Origin: Candidatus Kuenenia stuttgartensis
Lineage (GTDB): Bacteria > Planctomycetota > Brocadiia > Brocadiales > Brocadiaceae
Reading direction: 5' to 3'
DNA length: 32,000 nucleotides
Assembly: GCF_900232105.1 (NCBI RefSeq)
Contig: NZ_LT934425.1
Location: forward strand, 3,150,001 to 3,182,000
Positions 26,876 to 32,000 of this stretch are shown here, one piece after another (within the stretch, counting starts at the first letter, position 1; each line of letters begins with the position of its first letter). The notes under the pieces were generated by a model. That model was not told where the DNA came from. It saw nothing but the letters and a program-made list of their open reading frames with translations, and ran no database searches. The translations under genes were made by a program, and so were the position numbers.

Positions 26876-26909
26876 GTGATGGTCTGTATTTTTTGTAACG
26901 CTACTGCGA

Positions 26910-27530
26910 TTATTGACAATACTCTTTGTATCCGGCCATATAGTCAATGACTTTCTTTTTTGCCTCTGTGCGTAAATCCTGTTTTAAGTCTTCATTCATT
27001 AAAACCTTTTCTACACTCTTCCATACTTCACACAAATCCATGCTGAGAAATAATTGCGATTTAACAAGGGCAAAAATCATTGAAACGGTGAAGCTGTTGT
27101 TTAGTGTTTTATATGCTTCTTCCAGTATTGGCAAGGCGTCTTCCGGATGGGAAAAATTATCCATTGCCATGAGATAACCAAGGCAGAATATTTCATCCGC
27201 ATTTAGGAAGTCTGTATCCAATTGAACAAATGGCACATGGTATCGCAACGCCAGGTAGTACATATAAAATTCAGCATTGTTGTTCCCTTCAAATTTCCAT
27301 GACAGGGCGTTTATTACGGCGGCTTTTTCGTCTATGGGATTCTCTGGAGAGGAAAGAAATTCCGCTATTTCAAACCCCAGCACACTTTGTAAATGTGCAC
27401 GTTGAACCATTTTCACATCCATGTAAGCTTCATAAAATTCAGTGGACGTAATAGGTGAATCTGCCGAAGCAATTTTGTGGGACAAAAAAAGCGTATTTAT
27501 GATAAGGACGAATACAACTATTTTTTTCAT
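26910..27530 (-). CDS. Secreted hypothetical protein, possibly helical-repeat
   Basis: 206 aa with N-terminal signal peptide MKKIVVFVLIINTLFLSHKIASA; no diagnostic motif recognised. Confidence 0.65.
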   Translation of the reverse strand: MKKIVVFVLIINTLFLSHKIASADSPITSTEFYEAYMDVKMVQRAHLQSVLGFEIAEFLSSPENPIDEKAAVINALSWKFEGNNNAEFYMYYLALRYHVPFVQLDTDFLNADEIFCLGYLMAMDNFSHPEDALPILEEAYKTLNNSFTVSMIFALVKSQLFLSMDLCEVWKSVEKVLMNEDLKQDLRTEAKKKVIDYMAGYKEYCQ

Positions 27531-27955
27531 ATCAAATCATTCTCATTTTTAAAGTGGAGGGAAATAGTTTTACGTAACTATGTATTTTTTTATTTAATAT
27601 CTTGTTTTAAGATTGTATGCAATAAACATCTCTTCTCTTCTATCGGAGCAACAGCAATAAATAATATACTACATGATAAATCCGGATATTACTAATGGAA
27701 TTAACAGGAATGCTGATTTAACAGGTGAAAAGTTTGCAGAGGGGTTTTAATGCGCATCATCATCCCTAAGCTGGACAAGATACGAAAGGGAAACCACAGA
27801 TTACACAGATTAAAAAAATCGTAGGAAAACACAGAGAGCGTGTTCCTATAATGGCAAATGACTATTAAAATTAAATCTGGAAATGAGTAATATCCATTTG
27901 CATGTAATGGCGTAAAAAGCAAAAATGTATTGGATATACGGGAAGTTGCATGTAT

Positions 27956-28021
27956 TGTAACACTTTAATCTTTTGAAAAAGGTATTACCGATAAGCGCCG
28001 TAGGAGCAACCTGTTTGTTGC
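27956..28021 (+). repeat. Dispersed repeat family B, 66-bp unit
   Basis: tgtaacactttaatcttttgaaaaaggtattaccgataagcgccgtaggagcaacctgtttgttgc; about 58 of 66 positions match 15156-15221 by eye. Confidence 0.9.
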
Positions 28022-28059
28022 AGGAAATGATATTGATCAGTTATTTCGGATAAAATAAT

Positions 28060-28413
28060 ATGCGAAACTATCTCATTACCATACTGTTGCTTTGTTGCAG
28101 TAATGTTTTTATGACATTTGCATGGTATGGACATCTTAAAAATTTGTCTCATAAAACGTGGATTATTGCAGCCCTTGTGAGCTGGGGCATTGCCTTGTTT
28201 GAATATCTGCTTCAAGTGCCCGCAAACCGTATTGGGCATCAGGTGATGAGTCTTGGGCAACTGAAAATACTTCAGGAGGTAATCACTCTTATGGTGTTTG
28301 TGCCATTTTCCGTAATTTACATGAAAGAAAAGATACATTTTGATTATTTATGGGCTGGCATATGTTTATTCGGGGCAGTCTATTTTATTTTTCGCCCTAA
28401 ACTTCTTCCATAG
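28060..28413 (+). CDS. DUF486/DMT-like small membrane protein
   Basis: CSNVFMTFAWYGHLKN, ALFEYLLQVPANRIGHQVMSLGQLKILQEVITLMVFVPFSVIYMKE; strongly resembles DUF486 proteins. Confidence 0.88.
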   Translation: MRNYLITILLLCCSNVFMTFAWYGHLKNLSHKTWIIAALVSWGIALFEYLLQVPANRIGHQVMSLGQLKILQEVITLMVFVPFSVIYMKEKIHFDYLWAGICLFGAVYFIFRPKLLP

Positions 28414-28493
28414 CAGTTTCCGTCAAGGCGGTGAGCGCCTCTACGTATCTTAAGGCAGTAAATATATTATTAAACAAAAAAGAGGAGTATTTT

Positions 28494-29756
28494 ATGGCTG
28501 ATTTTCATCAGGAAGGAACGATTACCACGTTACATGATATATACAGGGTCTTTGATCCAAATGAGTATTTAAAAAGTTTGGAGGAAAAGCTTGAGGATTA
28601 TGCACGCCAGGTAAGCATTTGTCTTTTGCTGCCCTGCCTTTACAGTGAACTTGAAAATACGGAAGTCATGGAACGTATTGTTGGCGAAATTAAAAAAGTC
28701 CGCTATTTGCGTAATGTTGTTATTGCCCTGGGAGGCGCTCCGGATGAAGAGAAGTTCCGGGATGCAAAAAAATACTTTGGAAGGCTTCGTACAACAAAAC
28801 GCGATGTTAAAATTGTTTGGGTTGAAGGGCCACGCATTCAGAATGTATTTCAGCGCATCCGGGAACGTGAGATTCAGACAGGTATTCAGGGAAAAGGCCA
28901 ATCAGTGTGGATTGCCCTTGGTTATATACTTTCAAGGGGCAATGTGGACGTCATAGCACTTCATGATTGCGACATTGTAACCTATGACCGCATATTTTTA
29001 GGGAGGCTTATTGAGCCTGCCGCAAATCCGAATAACGAGTATGAGTTTTGTAAAGGGTATTATGCCCGTGTTTCACTTACGGACAGATCAATCAAAGGCA
29101 GGGTGACAAGACTGTTTGTAGTTCCTTTTGTCGATTCAATGATGAGAATTATGAATACGCATGGACATAAAGAACTAGAGCGTTTTTTCGGATATCATCG
29201 TATATTCAAATATCCGCTGGCCGGAGAGTTCAGCCTAAGCGCCCGACTTGCAAGGGGTATTAATATTGCTTATGATTGGGGTCTTGAGGTGGCTACGCTA
29301 TCCGAGGTGTACCACAATACAATGAACAGAAAAATCGCACAGGTGGATCTCTCCAAGAACTATGAGCATAAACATCAAGATCTTTCTGCTGACGATTCAA
29401 GCAAGGGATTACACAGAATGGCAGTGGATATTGCCACCTTCTTTCTCCATTATATGCGTTCTCACGGAGTGCCACTGGACGATGCCTTCGTTGATATGAT
29501 GCTTCATACCTATTACGATAATGCCCTGAAATTTATTAAGTATTATAGCGATGACGCAGAAATGAACAATCTGATTTTAAATCGTCATGAGGAGGAACTT
29601 GCCGTGCGACATTTTCGTGGCGTTTTATGGACGGCATGGGAGCAAAGCAGAGGGCCTAGAGAGGCAACCCTTATTCCTTCATGGAACAGGGTTACGTATA
29701 GCCTTCCTGATATATATACGAATCTCTATGAAGCTGTAGAAAAGGATAATGAATAG
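28494..29756 (+). CDS. GT81-like glycosyltransferase (glucosyl/mannosyl-3-phosphoglycerate synthase-like)
   Basis: Start MADFHQEG with upstream agaggag; GKGQSVWIALGYILSRGNVDVIALHDCDIVTYDRIFLGRLIEPAAN; YPLAGEFSLSARLARGINIAYDWGLEVATLSEVY. Confidence 0.82.
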   Translation: MADFHQEGTITTLHDIYRVFDPNEYLKSLEEKLEDYARQVSICLLLPCLYSELENTEVMERIVGEIKKVRYLRNVVIALGGAPDEEKFRDAKKYFGRLRTTKRDVKIVWVEGPRIQNVFQRIREREIQTGIQGKGQSVWIALGYILSRGNVDVIALHDCDIVTYDRIFLGRLIEPAANPNNEYEFCKGYYARVSLTDRSIKGRVTRLFVVPFVDSMMRIMNTHGHKELERFFGYHRIFKYPLAGEFSLSARLARGINIAYDWGLEVATLSEVYHNTMNRKIAQVDLSKNYEHKHQDLSADDSSKGLHRMAVDIATFFLHYMRSHGVPLDDAFVDMMLHTYYDNALKFIKYYSDDAEMNNLILNRHEEELAVRHFRGVLWTAWEQSRGPREATLIPSWNRVTYSLPDIYTNLYEAVEKDNE

Positions 29757-29791
29757 TATGGTTTGATAAGGTGCGATTTGAGATTTAAATC

Positions 29792-30343
29792 GTGAATGAG
29801 GTATATTATAGAAACAGGGATAATGCTATGTATGCAAAAACACCGATTGTGTCCTTTGTAGGAAAATCGAACAGCGGGAAAACAACGCTTATTGTAAAGG
29901 TCATTAAAGAATTAAAATTAAGGGGGCTTAGGGTTGCTACCATAAAACATACCCATCATAATGTTGATATGGATACGAAAGGCAAAGATAGCTGGAAACA
30001 TTCACAGGCGGGAGCAGATGCCGTCATCATTGTCTCTGAAAACAAGATGGGTCTTTTTCGGACGACGCAAAAAAGGGTTCTATTAAAGGAAATGGTGGAA
30101 ACCTATCTCAGGGATTTCGATATAATAATACTTGAAGGATATAAGACAGAACCCATTCCCAAAATAGAAGTCTTTAGGACAGAGAACGGCGATCAGATGG
30201 TGTGCCGGGATGATGAACATTTAATTGCTGTAATAGGTGATAAAGACCCAATAATGAATGTACCTTATTTGCATATTGATGCGGATGTTCGAAAGATTGT
30301 GGATTTTATTATGTCATATCTGAAAATAAATGTATCTGTATAA
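29792..30343 (+). CDS. mobB: Molybdopterin-guanine dinucleotide biosynthesis protein MobB
   Basis: VSFVGKSNSGKTTLIVKVIKELKLRGLRVATIKHTHHNVDMDTKGKDSWKHSQAGADAVIIVSENKMG...DIIILEGYKTEPIPKIEVFR. Confidence 0.95.
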   Translation: MNEVYYRNRDNAMYAKTPIVSFVGKSNSGKTTLIVKVIKELKLRGLRVATIKHTHHNVDMDTKGKDSWKHSQAGADAVIIVSENKMGLFRTTQKRVLLKEMVETYLRDFDIIILEGYKTEPIPKIEVFRTENGDQMVCRDDEHLIAVIGDKDPIMNVPYLHIDADVRKIVDFIMSYLKINVSV

Positions 30344-30409
30344 AACCCTGCAACAGCCTGCATAAATTACCCACGGCAGGTTCAGAAAGAGCGGAAGGAC
30401 AAAATCAAT

Positions 30410-30919
30410 ATGAACAAAAGTAAAACAATCTGGTTTCTTATTGTGATAATAGCGGTTATTTGTTTCACATCGCAAAAAAGGGGAACGGCTGAAATGCCCG
30501 GCATAAATGAAAAAATAAATGCGCAGAGATTATGGGAGTATATGACAAAAGAAAATCCCTACAAATGCTATCCGGCATGGCCAGGTAAAGAGGGCATTTA
30601 TGAGAGCACTATGCCTCCCGGTGATATTCTGCGGCTGTATATAAACGACCTTGCCCTGGATACCGTTGTCAACAAAAAGAGAATATTTCCCAACGGCTCT
30701 CTCCTGATAAAAGAAATCTATACAGAAGAAAATAAGTTGTCTTTGCTTACCGTGATGTATAAAGAGAAGGGATTTAATCCGCAAGGAAATGATTGGTACT
30801 GGGTAAAATACGGCCACGATGGGGAAGTTAAATTGGAAGGAAGGGTCGGGCTATGTATAGAATGCCATGTGGGCGTTGCAGATAATGACTATGTATTCAC
30901 GGGAAGTATAAAGAAATAA
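30410..30919 (+). CDS. Secreted cytochrome P460-like protein, single CxxCH heme site
   Basis: Signal-like N-terminus; NPQGNDWYWVKYGHDGEVKLEGRVGLCIECHVGVADNDYVFTGS fits the C-terminal part of the P460 fold family, with heme motif CIECH. Confidence 0.8.
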   Translation: MNKSKTIWFLIVIIAVICFTSQKRGTAEMPGINEKINAQRLWEYMTKENPYKCYPAWPGKEGIYESTMPPGDILRLYINDLALDTVVNKKRIFPNGSLLIKEIYTEENKLSLLTVMYKEKGFNPQGNDWYWVKYGHDGEVKLEGRVGLCIECHVGVADNDYVFTGSIKK

Positions 30920-31058
30920 AAAGCGTGAATGGTAACGTTAATATTAATCAAACCAATGAAATAAGGCATTCTCGATCTTTGAACAAAACTCGTTGGTTAG
31001 TAAGAATTAGAATTAAACCACACAGTGTAACTATTCAGCGTAAGCGATACACGGCTCG

Positions 31059-31080
31059 TTCCCAAACTCCAGTTTGGGAA
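31059..31080. repeat. Short palindrome, 10-bp arms, 2-nt loop
   Basis: ttcccaaact-cc-agtttgggaa; followed by aagaaactccggtttctc. Confidence 0.85.
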
Positions 31081-31174
31081 TGCATTTGTTCAAGAAACTC
31101 CGGTTTCTCGCCCGTTTGCTGATAGATAGGGAATAAAATCACAGGGTTAAGACAGTTTGTAATTTGTCAAGTTT

Positions 31175-31861
31175 TTAAAGGATATCGCGTATATCCTTCA
31201 GGCCTATTGGTTCGTGGCTCGCAAATGGTTCTCCGTAGTCAACGTGAATAAGGCCTCCATAATAACCGTTCCTTTCCTTAATCATCGTGCTGATGTATTT
31301 CCACCTGGCAGCATCGTACACAAACTGTGATTGATACACGCGCATACTATCGAGTTTTCGTACAAATTCATTGCTTATATCTAAAATAAACGATGGATTG
31401 ATAGTTACATTTAAGTGATAGCAGAAATAATAAAAGATGTGTGATGGATAGAATGGTTCTCCCGGAATTTCTGACTTGCTGAGCTTTGCATAAAAACGGG
31501 ATGCCTCTCCGATTTTAGATGCTTGAACGTGGTCAGGATGGGCGTCAACCCAGTAAGGCAAAAATACAATCTCCGGGCGTATTTTACGGATTACCCCGGC
31601 GACTTCTTTGCGAACTTCTATGCCGTCCATAAGATAACGGTTGGGGAATTTTAATACCGTTCTGCTCTTTATTCCCAGCAGATTTGAAGAACGCTCCCAC
31701 TCTTCTTTCCGTGTTTCAATGCTACCATATGGGGTGGGCTCACCGTTTGTCAGATCAACAATGTGAACGTCGTAACCAAGCGAAACAAATTTAAGAATAC
31801 TTCCGCCCATACCTATTTCCACATCATCAGGATGTGGTCCAATGGCAAGAATCGTAGACAT
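31175..31861 (-). CDS. PIG-L/LmbE-family deacetylase (BshB-like)
   Basis: LAIGPHPDDVEIGMGGSILKFVSLGYDVHIVDLTNGE, RPEIVFLPYWVDAHPDHVQASKI. Confidence 0.93.
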   Translation of the reverse strand: MSTILAIGPHPDDVEIGMGGSILKFVSLGYDVHIVDLTNGEPTPYGSIETRKEEWERSSNLLGIKSRTVLKFPNRYLMDGIEVRKEVAGVIRKIRPEIVFLPYWVDAHPDHVQASKIGEASRFYAKLSKSEIPGEPFYPSHIFYYFCYHLNVTINPSFILDISNEFVRKLDSMRVYQSQFVYDAARWKYISTMIKERNGYYGGLIHVDYGEPFASHEPIGLKDIRDIL

Positions 31862-31943
31862 ATTATGGCCCTTTAAAAATTATCGGTAGAGAAACAGATT
31901 CAGAGATAACAATAGTACCTTAAAAGTTATTTATTTACAGTAT

Positions 31944-31986
31944 TTGGCAAAATATTTAATGGTGAAATCCGAAATGCTAAATACGA
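31944..31986 (+). repeat. Dispersed repeat family A, partial copy running toward the window edge
   Basis: tttggcaaaatatttaatggtgaaatccgaaatgctaaatac; nearly identical to 1474-1518. Confidence 0.85.
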
Positions 31987-32000
31987 AACCCGAAACAAAT

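Noticed and set aside
30925-31122. 65-aa plus-strand ORF
   Set aside because: Overlaps repeat-like palindromic sequence; composition and lack of motif suggest chance.
1-32000. CRISPR array, toxin-antitoxin or anti-phage defence island
   Set aside because: No regularly spaced direct repeats of CRISPR type. The NTase-like and PLD-like proteins were considered as defence components, but their neighbours (LemA/TPM; nnrD/larB) do not fit any defence system I know.

Overview
This 32 kb bacterial chromosomal window is gene-dense and mostly housekeeping. The alternative heme pathway genes, the cytochrome P460-like protein and the dense intergenic repeats suggest a Brocadiales/anammox-type planctomycete; that is inference only, because no marker gene is present. 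Well-supported genes are priA, a LemA/TPM-domain/nucleotidyltransferase cluster, a siroheme/4Fe-4S protein coupled to two Lrp-like siroheme decarboxylase (AhbA/AhbB-type) genes, a PLD-like protein with nnrD, larB, tsaD, a PEGA protein, a YfcE-like phosphodiesterase, two tRNA-Ser genes behind a bifunctional-nuclease-family gene, uppP-CPBP-ubiX-MazG-like-sppA-cysS-HD-GYP-Smr, a DUF486-type membrane protein, a GT81-like glycosyltransferase, mobB, a P460-like c-type cytochrome and a PIG-L deacetylase. There are two apparently intact insertion sequences. One has 16-bp perfect TIRs and a 6-bp target duplication; the other appears to have landed inside a dispersed repeat. I found no CRISPR array, phage or recognisable defence island. 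The most interesting non-coding signals are a perfect 29-bp-arm palindrome in the divergent region upstream of priA and at least three families of dispersed intergenic repeats. The most interesting coding signals are the siroheme protein/decarboxylase operon, the LemA/TPM/NTase cluster, a PLD-like protein with an apparent HxD instead of HxK motif, and the P460-like cytochrome. I cannot demonstrate a wholly new biological system from this sequence alone.
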